From a virus: 64,000 nt of DNA. The translations under genes were made by a program, and so were the position numbers. A model generated the notes under the pieces. That model did no database searches. It was given only the letters and a program-made list of their open reading frames with translations, and had not been told where the DNA came from. The stretch covers positions 32,001 to 96,000 of the IMG/VR virus record IMGVR_UViG_3300042013_000061; one strand, written 5' to 3'. Position 1 is the first letter of the stretch. Every line of letters starts with the position of its first letter. Below, in pieces: positions 46,426 through 56,844 of this stretch.

Positions 46426-49400
46426 TTATTTGGTTTTCTTGTAGCGGAACTTCAGTTCGGCCAATTCTTTCAGGGCCGCAGCTTTGTTCACTACGTTGTA
46501 ACCAGCCTTGCCGACTTTCGAAATCATGTCTTTAAGGTCGGTTTTGTTTTTACCGAAGTACAACCACTGTCCTTCGCTACGCTGCCACTTCACGCCAGCG
46601 CCGGTAACGGTTTTGCCAATGTGTTTAACAATCGCAGGGTTAGTGCGAATGTCGATACACAGCATTACGTGGTCTTCCATGAAAATCGGGAAGACACGAA
46701 CCGCACGACGGTTGCTGGTGATGCGTTTACCTACGCTGAAGAATGCAGGCAGTTCGGAGACTGGCGCCAGTTCCAAGTCATACCACAATTTGTGAGTATT
46801 TTTCATACCCGGCTGGAATGCCGCGTTGACTTCTTGAATCAAATCAACCGTCTTGTCAGGAAGGTCGAAGTTTGCATCAAGATACTCGTAAATTGCATGG
46901 AACTTTTTCTTGTTGGAAACGGTAACGAACGCGTAACTTGGAGTCCAAGTGAAACCCAAGTTTTTCAGGTTCACATCGCTTTCGTCGAATTCCGCTTCCA
47001 GTGTGGCGAAGCCGTGGTAATAAGCAGGCGACAGCCAAACGTCGAGGTCGGCATTTGCTGGAACGATGCGGCCAATATCCGGTTCAGCTTCGTCCGTAAC
47101 AACAACCTTTTTACCGGTCGGGGCGATTTTGATAATACCGTCTTTGACTTTGTAAATGCCATCGTTAAGCGGTTTGCCTTTGATTTCGTTTTCCTTGCGC
47201 TTCTCGCCGTCGGCCTGTTCCTTCTTGATAATGCCGATGGTTTCTTTTTGCTGGCGCTCGCGAATACGACGTTCTTTTTCTTCCTGCTCTTCTTGCGCCT
47301 TCTGCTGTTTTTCCAAACGCTTATCGCGTGCTTCTTGGCGCTTCTCTTCGGTTTCCGTACCAGCAGTCGAAACATCGAAATATTTCGATTCTTGATCCGG
47401 CGTAATGTTTTCCAACGCGATGTAGCACATGTTCGCCTGAATCGTCACACGGGAGGACATGCCAGCCGGTGGATTTTTCAAGTTCACAATCAGCGACGAC
47501 AAACGCTTACCGCCATCCTTCTTGTTGAAGCCTACGATACGGCCAGTGCCCCATTCGGTAACAACTGGTTTTTTCGACAGACGTTCCACAAAGTTGTTGG
47601 CGACTTCTTCATCGCGCAACAGGATTTCAATGTTGGTAAGTTTCCATTTGTTTGGATCGGAAATCGGCATGTTCGGAACGAACGGGCGAACTTCCATCGT
47701 CTTCGCGCCTGCTACGTTTGGAGCCGCTTCGATAGGCAGCAATTCTGCTGTCTGTTCGTTGCGCATATCGCGAAACTCTTTGTTTTCAATATCGTTGAGT
47801 TCTTCATACGATTCGCGCATGCCTTTAAACGGTTCGTCATCCAAACCTTTAATGTTTTTCAGCATGTCGATACCGAGAGACAGCGCAGCGTTTTCACGCT
47901 CTGTCGGAACTTTACGACGTGTCAGCATTTCTTTGTAGCGCGGGTTATCGGCTTCAGTGAAACGAGCGATCCCGAAAGTTTTGGAAATTACACGCGCCTG
48001 TTTAGGCACTTCCATTGTGTTGTTCGCCAGTACCCAATCGAGATAAATAACATCCCGAGTCATTTCGCCTTCGCCATTGGCGGCAGCAATCGCGCCCTTT
48101 GGATCAGGACGGAAAATACGGGCGTTCGTTTGGTTAAGCGCACCCGGCCCCCACGGCGATTCGGCACGGATAATCCGGCTTGCCATTTGCAGGTTGTGCC
48201 CTTCGGACATACCCTGTTCGTTAGCAATCAGAATCTGTACACGGTCGTCGGTTTTAAAGTCGTTGAATGATTTGACTTTATCCGGTTCATCACCCGTGAA
48301 TTTCACGGCTTTTTGCTTGTAGTTTTCTGGCAGCGCATCGTAAATTGCCGAGGCACTGTGATTGTAGCGAGTGATAATAATCAGCTTGCCACGTGGTTCC
48401 TTTTTCCAGTAGTCCGGGTTTTCATCCGGGGAAATACTCAGTTGGTCACGCGGCAGGGCCATGTGTTCCGCACTGGAATGGTATTTCTTCGCGACGTACA
48501 AATCTTTTCCAACAGAAACCAAATCATATTCGGTGTACTGCTGGCCGCGTCGCCATGCTGGAGTGTTGAAGTGCAGGTGTACAAGGTTGGCAATGTATTT
48601 CGCTTTACGCGATTTAAACTGCGCGCCCTTGCCGAAAACTTGTTCGTAGGCTTCGTCGTATTGCGGGGCGATAATCAGACGTTCAAAACGTGCAAGGTTC
48701 TTTTCCCAAAGTGCCTGTTTGATTTTCTCGCCAGCAAAGTCAGCATCGTTGTCGATAAGACCAACGCCACCGCCACCTTCGCTTTCTTCTTGACCGCCGT
48801 GTTCGCCTTCGCTGCCACCTTCTTCGTCATACTCGTGGTCGGCTGCATCTTCCGCTTTCTTTTTCTGCGCCAACAACGGCTGCAAATCTTTCAGCGTTTT
48901 ATCCAGTACCAATTTGTACAACTGTTCGTGCAGTTTTTGCTGCTCGATTTCTTCAGCCGAAGTGCCGTCGTTACCTTGCGAATCCACCAGCGCGATTGCG
49001 TGGAAAGTTTCGATTGGTGCAGGCAGCATGAACGCCCATTCTTTACGCTTTTTCACGATGAACGCGGTGTAGTGGGAAAGCTTATCCACTGCGCGTTTGC
49101 CGTTAAGCGGAGTATAGGTTGCAACGGTGCGATCACCGATTTTTACATCGGAACCAGAAGCTTCTGCATCGGAACGAATGTTCGCAATTTCACCAGCACG
49201 GAAAACGTGCGGAGTTTTCAGAGCGATTTGACCTTCGATATCTTTTGCACGGTCAGGCATGATTGTACCGGTGAGGATACGCAGCCATTTAACCATCGTC
49301 GAAGTGGTCAGGATTTTCGTTGCACGGTGACGCGCAGAGTTAAACGATTTCAGGTTGTGCGATTCGTCGATTGCGATGTAATTGCAACCGAGACGACGAA

Positions 49401-52400
49401 TGAATTCCAAGTTAGCCGAGAAATTCACTTGTGCATTACCGATACACACGCGTTTGTTACGGCCCTGAATGAACGTCATGGAAGCGATGAAAATTGTGTT
49501 CGGCGGCGCAGCAGTTGCCACTTCCAGCAAACGTTTTTCACCCCAACGTTTCATCACGGCAGCGGACAACGGGAATGCGTTCCAGTTTTCGCCAACGAAA
49601 TATTTCATATCTTCGCACCACTGGTTAATCAACCCGTTCGGGCAAATCACCAACGGTTTAACAACGGTGCCAACGTCCAGCATATCTTTGACCATACAGG
49701 TCATGTCAATTACGCCTTGGCCGGTTTTACCACCACCCGGATCAAGTGCGAGAATTGCGAAAGAAGGCGGAACTTTTTTACGCAGATACGATTGCACAGA
49801 CGCTTGGTGCGGGAACACTGCACGCGGTGAGTCAGTCACCATACCGGGAACTTTAATGTCCTCGGAAGAAAACGAATCATCAGGACGAATGGATTCAACT
49901 TGTTCGTCTGCTTCTGCGAAAATCGTTTCCTGATTTGGTGCGTATTTGCCGAGCATGGTAGTGAACGGCAGAACGTCGTGCATGATGCGACGGTTATTCA
50001 GCTTCGGAATATCAAGCTTGTATTCGGCATCTGGATTGTTCGGGTTTTGACCCACTGCAATTTGCAGACGGCCGCCGCGTTCGTTGAAGTAGTCAGCAGT
50101 CGGAATCGCGTTAATCGCGTCCAGAATTTGTTTGAATACTTGACCACCGAAATAATTGTACAGCTTTGCAAAATCGGCAGTGGTCGAAGTCGAAGCGTTG
50201 AAGTAATTCGGATGCGAGGCAAGCTCTTCCTGAATTTCAAAACTCTTCGGACTGTAATCGTCGGTACGCATGTCGTTGAACGTATCAGTCCACAATTGCG
50301 AACCTTGTTCACCGGAAGCCTGCACCATTGCCGAACCGAGGATCGACGAAATAGCGCGTTTGGTCATGCTCACTTGCGAAGGTTTGAACGAACCGTCTTC
50401 GTTGAAATACTCGAAATAAGTCGTCGAGTAATCGTGACCTTTTTCAGTCGGAAGTTTTTCGTAACCCAGCGCACGAATTGCGTTCTTCGCGATGGCGTCC
50501 AGCTTCGGCGCTTTGTTATCCGCGTAAGCCAGTTTCAAATACAGGTCAACGATATCGGTAACAATGTCGCTGTTTGCAAATGTCGCTGCGGAAGTTTTCG
50601 AGCCATAAGCGCGTTCGGATTTGTAGGCGATTTCACCGATGTTCTGGTATTTGGTCAGCACCCACATTGTCGAGGCGAAATTCCGCACCATCGGTTTTTC
50701 ACCTTCTTTCGAAAGGTTGTAACCGAGATAATCCGCGATAGAAAGCGAATCAGGAATTACCGAACCAACGTCAACACGGGTAGTTGCAGAACCGGGCATG
50801 TCGCCAGCGGTCATGGTGATACCGAAGTCCCAATCGTAACCGATAATGCAACCGTCGAAACCTTTCAGTTCCACCATCAATTCATTCAGACGTTCAACGT
50901 CGTGCATGTCGATGTGCGGCCATGCGTCGGCACGCGGGTTGGCATAGAAACCGGCAATTGGAATATCGTTGCGGTTGAGAATTTCCAGAATTTCTTCGGA
51001 AACTTTTTCGTAGTCTTCGGCCAGCGTCGATGCTTTAAAAGCTTCGATATCAGGACGCGTTGCCATTGTCCCGTTCGGACGAATGTACATGTTTTCCGCG
51101 TTGCCTTTGGTTTTCTCTACAACGAAACCGTGCTGTGTACGAATATCCGAAATCTTTTTCAGCGTGGTCGCACCCATCGAATAACGAGGGATGTTAACCA
51201 TTTTGATTGCACGTTCGTTGCTGTACGACGGAACGCCTTTACGCGTTTGCGCAACTTTCGCACGGATTACTTGACCGATATAAACCGAGAACCATGCGTT
51301 GGTGCGGCTCAGGTTCGGGCGTTCGTTGGCTTCGGTCTGGCTGACGAAATGCGCAATGTCAGATTCCAGAGTAAAGCGAATCGAAGTCCGCATAACGAGG
51401 TTGAGAATTTCAGCTTCAGGGGCGAGTTTTGCATTGCCGCCGTTAAGCGTGGTTTCGACCATCGAATTGTTTGCAGAGCTTTCACCCATACGCGCTTGGC
51501 GGCGTACATCGGCAGCAGCTTCGATAGCCTGTTCCGATGGCATTTTCATGACTTCAATTTGCAGGAATTGTTCTGCAAGGTGATTGGTCACGTCCATGTC
51601 GGTGATGATGGATTTCGGCAGCGGGAAACCGGTGTGCTTAGTCCAGATTTGTTCGATATCGGTGAACTTGGTATTTACCGACAGACCACGGTGAATAACG
51701 CGCTCAGAAATTGCAGTGGAACCGAACAGGAATTGCGTGATTTCTTTTGCAGCGGCCAGAATGTTTTGACCGAACGGCGACTGCCAGCGACCGCGACGAT
51801 GCTGTTCAACGAAATAATGGTTGGAACCATTGTTCGCCAGCAAATCACCTTGGCCCATGTTGGTATCGTCGGAACCGAAATACGGCGCGGGTACATGCTC
51901 AGCGCGTTTATCAGTACCGGTGCCATTCAGCACAATATCAATACCGTCGTTATAACGCTGCGAACGATAGACGTTGTGGAAAGCGGTTTGCGACATACGA
52001 ATTGCGCGGAGGAAACCAACAACCGAAGATTTCACGGATGCTTCGTCGCGCTTACGCTGCATCACGTCATAGAACAAACGCTCTACGCGGGATTTTGCAG
52101 CTTCTTCGTCCATGCCCGAAATGTAATTCGAATCGGCCATACACAGACGCATGAAACGGAAAAACAAGTTGATATTCGACGTTACGTCACTGAGGGATTC
52201 CAGAATCGCAACGAGGAATTGACGATCACTCGGGTAGAAGAAACCTTCGTATTCCGAATTGCGATCAGGCTCCAAATTGATTGGACGAATCGAACGGATA
52301 AATTCCGACTCTTCGTTCTCGCCGTCTTCGTCGTCATCGTCGCCGTTTGCACGGGCAATTGCCAGTTCGTCGCGATACTCTTCTTCGTAAGCAGCGTGAA

Positions 52401-52452
52401 GTTTGATCGCCTCGGTAATCGGATTTTCACGCCACACAATTTGTCGATTCAT
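46426..52452 (-). CDS. giant SNF2-like helicase/ATPase (2008 aa)
   Basis: FPHQ, DPGGGKT, LVICP..LINQW, IDESH.LK, LTGT, EGHNLQ.ASRII, W.P....Q..ARIFR motifs. Confidence 0.85.
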   Translation of the reverse strand: MNRQIVWRENPITEAIKLHAAYEEEYRDELAIARANGDDDDEDGENEESEFIRSIRPINLEPDRNSEYEGFFYPSDRQFLVAILESLSDVTSNINLFFRFMRLCMADSNYISGMDEEAAKSRVERLFYDVMQRKRDEASVKSSVVGFLRAIRMSQTAFHNVYRSQRYNDGIDIVLNGTGTDKRAEHVPAPYFGSDDTNMGQGDLLANNGSNHYFVEQHRRGRWQSPFGQNILAAAKEITQFLFGSTAISERVIHRGLSVNTKFTDIEQIWTKHTGFPLPKSIITDMDVTNHLAEQFLQIEVMKMPSEQAIEAAADVRRQARMGESSANNSMVETTLNGGNAKLAPEAEILNLVMRTSIRFTLESDIAHFVSQTEANERPNLSRTNAWFSVYIGQVIRAKVAQTRKGVPSYSNERAIKMVNIPRYSMGATTLKKISDIRTQHGFVVEKTKGNAENMYIRPNGTMATRPDIEAFKASTLAEDYEKVSEEILEILNRNDIPIAGFYANPRADAWPHIDMHDVERLNELMVELKGFDGCIIGYDWDFGITMTAGDMPGSATTRVDVGSVIPDSLSIADYLGYNLSKEGEKPMVRNFASTMWVLTKYQNIGEIAYKSERAYGSKTSAATFANSDIVTDIVDLYLKLAYADNKAPKLDAIAKNAIRALGYEKLPTEKGHDYSTTYFEYFNEDGSFKPSQVSMTKRAISSILGSAMVQASGEQGSQLWTDTFNDMRTDDYSPKSFEIQEELASHPNYFNASTSTTADFAKLYNYFGGQVFKQILDAINAIPTADYFNERGGRLQIAVGQNPNNPDAEYKLDIPKLNNRRIMHDVLPFTTMLGKYAPNQETIFAEADEQVESIRPDDSFSSEDIKVPGMVTDSPRAVFPHQASVQSYLRKKVPPSFAILALDPGGGKTGQGVIDMTCMVKDMLDVGTVVKPLVICPNGLINQWCEDMKYFVGENWNAFPLSAAVMKRWGEKRLLEVATAAPPNTIFIASMTFIQGRNKRVCIGNAQVNFSANLEFIRRLGCNYIAIDESHNLKSFNSARHRATKILTTSTMVKWLRILTGTIMPDRAKDIEGQIALKTPHVFRAGEIANIRSDAEASGSDVKIGDRTVATYTPLNGKRAVDKLSHYTAFIVKKRKEWAFMLPAPIETFHAIALVDSQGNDGTSAEEIEQQKLHEQLYKLVLDKTLKDLQPLLAQKKKAEDAADHEYDEEGGSEGEHGGQEESEGGGGVGLIDNDADFAGEKIKQALWEKNLARFERLIIAPQYDEAYEQVFGKGAQFKSRKAKYIANLVHLHFNTPAWRRGQQYTEYDLVSVGKDLYVAKKYHSSAEHMALPRDQLSISPDENPDYWKKEPRGKLIIITRYNHSASAIYDALPENYKQKAVKFTGDEPDKVKSFNDFKTDDRVQILIANEQGMSEGHNLQMASRIIRAESPWGPGALNQTNARIFRPDPKGAIAAANGEGEMTRDVIYLDWVLANNTMEVPKQARVISKTFGIARFTEADNPRYKEMLTRRKVPTERENAALSLGIDMLKNIKGLDDEPFKGMRESYEELNDIENKEFRDMRNEQTAELLPIEAAPNVAGAKTMEVRPFVPNMPISDPNKWKLTNIEILLRDEEVANNFVERLSKKPVVTEWGTGRIVGFNKKDGGKRLSSLIVNLKNPPAGMSSRVTIQANMCYIALENITPDQESKYFDVSTAGTETEEKRQEARDKRLEKQQKAQEEQEEKERRIRERQQKETIGIIKKEQADGEKRKENEIKGKPLNDGIYKVKDGIIKIAPTGKKVVVTDEAEPDIGRIVPANADLDVWLSPAYYHGFATLEAEFDESDVNLKNLGFTWTPSYAFVTVSNKKKFHAIYEYLDANFDLPDKTVDLIQEVNAAFQPGMKNTHKLWYDLELAPVSELPAFFSVGKRITSNRRAVRVFPIFMEDHVMLCIDIRTNPAIVKHIGKTVTGAGVKWQRSEGQWLYFGKNKTDLKDMISKVGKAGYNVVNKAAALKELAELKFRYKKTK

Positions 52453-52865
52453 TCTGAAACCTCGTCGAGTTCCCCGTCACACTGAATAATTGCAGGCCAC
52501 AGTGGGTTGGGTTCTTGTTTCTGGTCAACAGCACAGCGCATCAGTGCTTTGCAAAGGGCTACACGAATAAACGGATCGGGTTCATCCAGAAAAGTCGTGC
52601 GGTGATAGTAATCGTACAGATTGAAATAAATCTGTTTGGAAAGTGGCTCGTACAAATCATCAACCGCTTTCTTCATGTCGAAGGTCGGCTGCGCCCGTGC
52701 AGGCAAATAAGACGAATATTCTTGATCGGCCAAATCCTGAATATCGTTGCGGGCGACTTCAGCAAGGTCACTGATTGCCTTCAGCTTTGTGGCCGGATCG
52801 GCATCACCCTTATTGATAACCGCCAGAATGGAATTCAACCCATTCAATGCGCTTTGTACTGTCAT
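52449..52865 (-). CDS. hypothetical protein
   Basis: 138 aa; GGAG RBS; ATGA overlaps. Confidence 0.7.
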   Translation of the reverse strand: MTVQSALNGLNSILAVINKGDADPATKLKAISDLAEVARNDIQDLADQEYSSYLPARAQPTFDMKKAVDDLYEPLSKQIYFNLYDYYHRTTFLDEPDPFIRVALCKALMRCAVDQKQEPNPLWPAIIQCDGELDEVSE

Positions 52866-53545
52866 CGAAAATCTCCGATTGAAGCTCTACGCCAAACGGC
52901 AAAAAGCTGTTTATCCAAGTTTGGGTACATGGGAATTGTGTTGTCAAAATAAAGCTCGTATTTCAACACGAGGAAATCGTTTTTCAACCGCGCAATACTG
53001 ACTCGCATGTCCGAGTTTAAAATCACGACTACTTCCATTGACTCGCGCACCTTATCGGCACGTGGAGGAAAACGATCAGCATAAACCGTTTTCTTTTCAC
53101 CCGCGTGCAGTTTCACACGCGACGAAAGCTGTAGTTCCTCGGGCAATGACTTGAATACTTTCAGTTCAACCAAACGGCGCAGAAGGTAATCAAGTTCGAA
53201 TCTTTGCGGCTTCAGTTTGACTGTTCCGCGAATGGTGAATCCGTTTACGACGTTAACCAATTCATCGGCTTTCATCACGAATTCGTATTGGTGCTGCACG
53301 GGTAAAAGGTGATACAAAAGAAACTTCGAATGCACCTGTTTTGAAAAGGACTTGTACCGGGTATTTACAGTAAAAAAGTCCGCTAACAATTTCGTTGTTT
53401 TGATTTTGATACCAGCTTGCTGCAAAAGAATGCGGAAACATTCACCCAACACAAGCGGTTCAAGTTTGCTTGTACGGGGCAGCTCTAAAAACGCATCCCA
53501 TGAACCTTGAAAGTCTTCGCTAATATCGGATGGCATTTTCATCAT
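52862..53545 (-). CDS. hypothetical protein
   Basis: 227-aa coupled ORF. Confidence 0.7.
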   Translation of the reverse strand: MMKMPSDISEDFQGSWDAFLELPRTSKLEPLVLGECFRILLQQAGIKIKTTKLLADFFTVNTRYKSFSKQVHSKFLLYHLLPVQHQYEFVMKADELVNVVNGFTIRGTVKLKPQRFELDYLLRRLVELKVFKSLPEELQLSSRVKLHAGEKKTVYADRFPPRADKVRESMEVVVILNSDMRVSIARLKNDFLVLKYELYFDNTIPMYPNLDKQLFAVWRRASIGDFR

Positions 53546-53868
53546 TTCTTTTTCGCCAAGATCAAATGTTTAGCGGCACCATGCCCCGGTCGTTTTGCAT
53601 GACAATCGGCGCACAGAGTCCAAAGGTTACTCATGGTTGTTTGCCCACCACGTGCTGCTGGTCGAATATGATCGACTTGCAGATTGGTTTTGCAAGGGCA
53701 TTTGCGGCACGTGTAATTATCACGCGCTAAAACTTTCTCACGAACTGCCATCCAATCCCAACGCTCGCCATAAACCTGCACAGACGTGCGACGAACCTTG
53801 GCAACAACAGCCGGTTTTTTCGTAACGCTTTTTGCTTTGAAAGGTTTGATGCGTTTCGGTGTGGTCAT
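53542..53868 (-). CDS. HNH endonuclease
   Basis: RDNYTCRKC...VDHIRP...GG.....NLWTLCADCH. Confidence 0.92.
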   Translation of the reverse strand: MTTPKRIKPFKAKSVTKKPAVVAKVRRTSVQVYGERWDWMAVREKVLARDNYTCRKCPCKTNLQVDHIRPAARGGQTTMSNLWTLCADCHAKRPGHGAAKHLILAKKK

Positions 53869-54674
53869 AGCAGAACCTTCCGTGCGCGATCAATTGCCAA
53901 GCCGTATTCAGCCTGAAGGTTATCGGCGCATTCAGACAAAGTATTTTTCAACTTCTTCTGAATCTCAAGACGCATATCAGAATCCTTTACGAATTTCGAC
54001 ACGGCACCGTCAATGTGGAAATACAGGTCGGTTAGCGACTGCGCCACAACCATTTGGTATGGCCGCAATACGATGCTTTCCAATTCAGCAATTTGTGCGC
54101 TGATATCCCGTGTGGCCCGCAGGTCGGCAATCACTTCGCGAATCTGCGAATAAATAACGTTTAGTGCGTAAACGTCTTTGTTATAAATCCGATCTTCCAT
54201 CTGCTCTTCGAAACGACCAGCAAGGTGAATCAGATTTTCAAAAATGCGGCGCGACTCGGCATCGAATTCATCAACAACCGGAGGCAATTCAACGAATACC
54301 TCGACGGCATCAATTACTTGTTGTTTGCCTTTCGCTTTTTTCTTCAGTGCAGCAACACCAGCGACTTTAGGGATTGTCGCCAGTTCGGTTTTCACCGCTT
54401 TTTTCTTTTCTTTGATACGTTCGACCGTACCTTCGATTGTTACCGGGGTCTTACGCTTTTTCTTTTTGAGTTCACTGCCTTTCTTGTACGTGTTGTCTTC
54501 GATAATAACGACTTCACGTTCGACTTTCTTTTTCTTCTTTTTCGTTTTCAGAATAGAAGAGCCGCGACCGCCGCCGTCGTCAGCATCCTTGTTACGGAAT
54601 TTCCCGCGTTCATCAATGTCACCACCACTGCCGCCACTAACACGGCGAATGGAATCCCCACTATTCTTTTTCAT
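53865..54674 (-). CDS. hypothetical protein (Lys-rich N-terminus, helical C-terminus)
   Basis: 269-aa ORF with RBS. Confidence 0.7.
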   Translation of the reverse strand: MKKNSGDSIRRVSGGSGGDIDERGKFRNKDADDGGGRGSSILKTKKKKKKVEREVVIIEDNTYKKGSELKKKKRKTPVTIEGTVERIKEKKKAVKTELATIPKVAGVAALKKKAKGKQQVIDAVEVFVELPPVVDEFDAESRRIFENLIHLAGRFEEQMEDRIYNKDVYALNVIYSQIREVIADLRATRDISAQIAELESIVLRPYQMVVAQSLTDLYFHIDGAVSKFVKDSDMRLEIQKKLKNTLSECADNLQAEYGLAIDRARKVLL

Positions 54675-54696
54675 ATTTCCCCCGGCTTAAATCGGC

Positions 54697-54719
54697 AAAA
54701 GGGGGCACGTGGCCCCCTT
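54697..54719 (-). terminator. rho-independent terminator
   Basis: AAGGGGGC/GCCCCCTT stem plus T4. Confidence 0.7.
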
Positions 54720-54736
54720 CTGTTTGTAGCAATTAC

Positions 54737-55579
54737 TTAGAAGAAAACGTGGGCGCGTACACGCTCCATGAATTTTTCGTAGTAGGCCGGACGACGTGCA
54801 AAAACACGAGCGTAGTAGGCGCTGATTTGTTCGATGTTCGGAGTTGCAGCCGTTGCGATTTCGTCTTCTGGATCATCAACGATTTCGTGGTCGGCGGCGG
54901 CAATTACAATCATGTCGCGATGCACGGTTTCTTGCTGACCATTTTGACGAACGACTTGAATATCAGTAGTTGGGCTACCGTCTTCGTTGTCGATAGAAGC
55001 AACAGCGATTGCCACGTTCAAATCGCAAGACTGCTGCGAAATGTAAGTAATCAAATCGCCACCGGTTACGGTTGCGCGAGCTTGTGCGGTATCGGCGCCG
55101 ACGTTCGCATTTACGAAATCGTTATGGTCAACCGAAGCACAGGCCAGCAATTGCTGCATTACCAGATGATCGTCGGCAACAGCCGATTTAACCAGAACTT
55201 CACCGGTCGCAGTTTTGCGCAGTGCCCACAGGCATTCGGTGTCGTCCATGAACATATTTGCAGCAACGGCTTTGTAATTGCCGCGATTCGCATCACTCAG
55301 GACAACGCGCTCAGCAACAACGCCGACGATGCCTTCGAAAATGTGGGTACGTGCATCGCTGGCGAGCGAAACAAACGAACCGGTAATCGGAGTGATATTT
55401 GCGAATTGCTTTTTGATACCGGCAAACACTTGATCTTTGCTTGCAGCAACGGAAGCGGTTGCGATAATACGCATGAAACGATCATCAACCTGATACGCTT
55501 CACGAATACTTACTTCAGTGGCTTCAGATTTGACGTTGTGGGCCAAAGCCGATTGCGCACGATTGAGGGAAAAAGTCAT
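54737..55579 (-). CDS. putative virion (head) protein
   Basis: 280 aa; own TAATTT motif and terminator; several x-x-A-S motifs (ATAS, SLAS, ACAS, AVAS). Confidence 0.65.
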   Translation of the reverse strand: MTFSLNRAQSALAHNVKSEATEVSIREAYQVDDRFMRIIATASVAASKDQVFAGIKKQFANITPITGSFVSLASDARTHIFEGIVGVVAERVVLSDANRGNYKAVAANMFMDDTECLWALRKTATGEVLVKSAVADDHLVMQQLLACASVDHNDFVNANVGADTAQARATVTGGDLITYISQQSCDLNVAIAVASIDNEDGSPTTDIQVVRQNGQQETVHRDMIVIAAADHEIVDDPEDEIATAATPNIEQISAYYARVFARRPAYYEKFMERVRAHVFF

Positions 55580-55617
55580 TGTTTATCTCCAGTAGAGTAA
55601 GCCAAGTGTTACTCTTA

Positions 55618-55626
55618 TTTAAATTA
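55618..55626 (-). promoter_or_regulatory. putative late promoter TAATTTAAA
   Basis: 47 nt upstream of ATG 55579; hairpin AGAGTAA/TTACTCT at 55594..55615. Confidence 0.6.
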
Positions 55627-55629
55627 ACT

Positions 55630-56844
55630 TTAGAAGAAATTGCGGAAGAATCCGCCAGTTGATCCACGACCGGGCAAACCCGGCAATCGGGTCATTGGTG
55701 TGTTCGAAACTCCGAGAATACCGATTGCTCTACTGCTGTCGATGAATCCACCACCAGCGGAACCATCACCACTCAAAACACCGGCTCGGCCTAACAACTT
55801 CTTGAGAGGTTTTACAACGCTTTCAATTTCTGCATCGAGTCGGCCCAAAGCACTTTCCAATGCTGGCGTTCGATCAACGTTTAAGCTAACCGTTTGCCCA
55901 CCGAAATCAAATGCTAACGCACCTTCAGCTTGAATCTGTGCGCCCAATGCGTAAATGGCAGAACAAGTCAGCCATGCACCCATTAATGGCCCCTGCATAT
56001 TCGTGCCGGTAAAGCTCGAAATGTTTGGTTGCAGGGAGTTAAACATATTCAAGCCACGCGACAACGATTCCATCAAATCGGATTGTGTGTATTCCAATTC
56101 GGGAATAATGTTCGCGATTCGCGCACGGTTAATAAAATCCTCAAGCTGACGTGCAGCCATAAGGATTTGCGGAGTAACCGCCCACACTTTATACGACAGT
56201 GTGCTACTTGCCAGTTTGCGCGTTGGTGTGTGTTCTACAAGCATTGTCAGCGGCGACATTTGAGGCGTGCCGACTACTGCGGGCATATCCACAACGGTGC
56301 GATTTTTCATCGCCTCGACGTAAATGCCTGTGTCTTCTACGTTCCAGTTTTCATACACTGCGCGGTTGTTGAAATACAGCGACAAAGTTAGCTTATCGCC
56401 TTCAACTCCTTTGCGTGCTTTTGTTCCCTTTGCCAAATTGGCAGGAACAGCAGCGACCGGGGCTTTGTAGGTAATCGGCAGGGTTAATTGCATACGCGCA
56501 TCACGCCCGCAAACAATCACAATATCCGATTCACGGCCAAGCGTTGCAGGCTCGACAGTGATGGAAGTTTTAGCCTGATAATTCCCGTCTTGCCCTTCGT
56601 ATGTCCACCGGGCAAACAATTCAACAGCGTCACGCAAATTCATATTCGGAATTGGTAGGTCAGCCATCCAATTACCGGGCATGCTTGCGTGAGGTTTTGC
56701 GTAAACTTCTGCGATCACAGAACGGTCGGTGTCGAATAATCGAACCAACGGGGCAGGCGAGTTTTCCGACGGCAAGACTGGATCGTCGAACGCATCGAAA
56801 AACTCTTCTGTAATCGTACACGTTTGTCCTTCGTATACGTTCAT
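55630..56844 (-). CDS. putative head-tail connector / neck protein
   Basis: N-terminal beta domain; helical C-terminus with FDFGGQTVSL hairpin typical of connector proteins; inferred. Confidence 0.45.
   Translation of the reverse strand: MNVYEGQTCTITEEFFDAFDDPVLPSENSPAPLVRLFDTDRSVIAEVYAKPHASMPGNWMADLPIPNMNLRDAVELFARWTYEGQDGNYQAKTSITVEPATLGRESDIVIVCGRDARMQLTLPITYKAPVAAVPANLAKGTKARKGVEGDKLTLSLYFNNRAVYENWNVEDTGIYVEAMKNRTVVDMPAVVGTPQMSPLTMLVEHTPTRKLASSTLSYKVWAVTPQILMAARQLEDFINRARIANIIPELEYTQSDLMESLSRGLNMFNSLQPNISSFTGTNMQGPLMGAWLTCSAIYALGAQIQAEGALAFDFGGQTVSLNVDRTPALESALGRLDAEIESVVKPLKKLLGRAGVLSGDGSAGGGFIDSSRAIGILGVSNTPMTRLPGLPGRGSTGGFFRNFF

Noticed and set aside
42166-52452. Inteins or introns in the polymerase or SNF2 genes
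   Set aside because: No intein splice-junction or LAGLIDADG motifs seen, and the reading frames are continuous
49900-52485. 861-aa plus-strand ORF (also 10236..12365, 16356..18518, 28398..30620 and 46141..48270)
   Set aside because: Antisense shadows of well-supported minus-strand genes; no motifs, atypical composition, explained by codon bias
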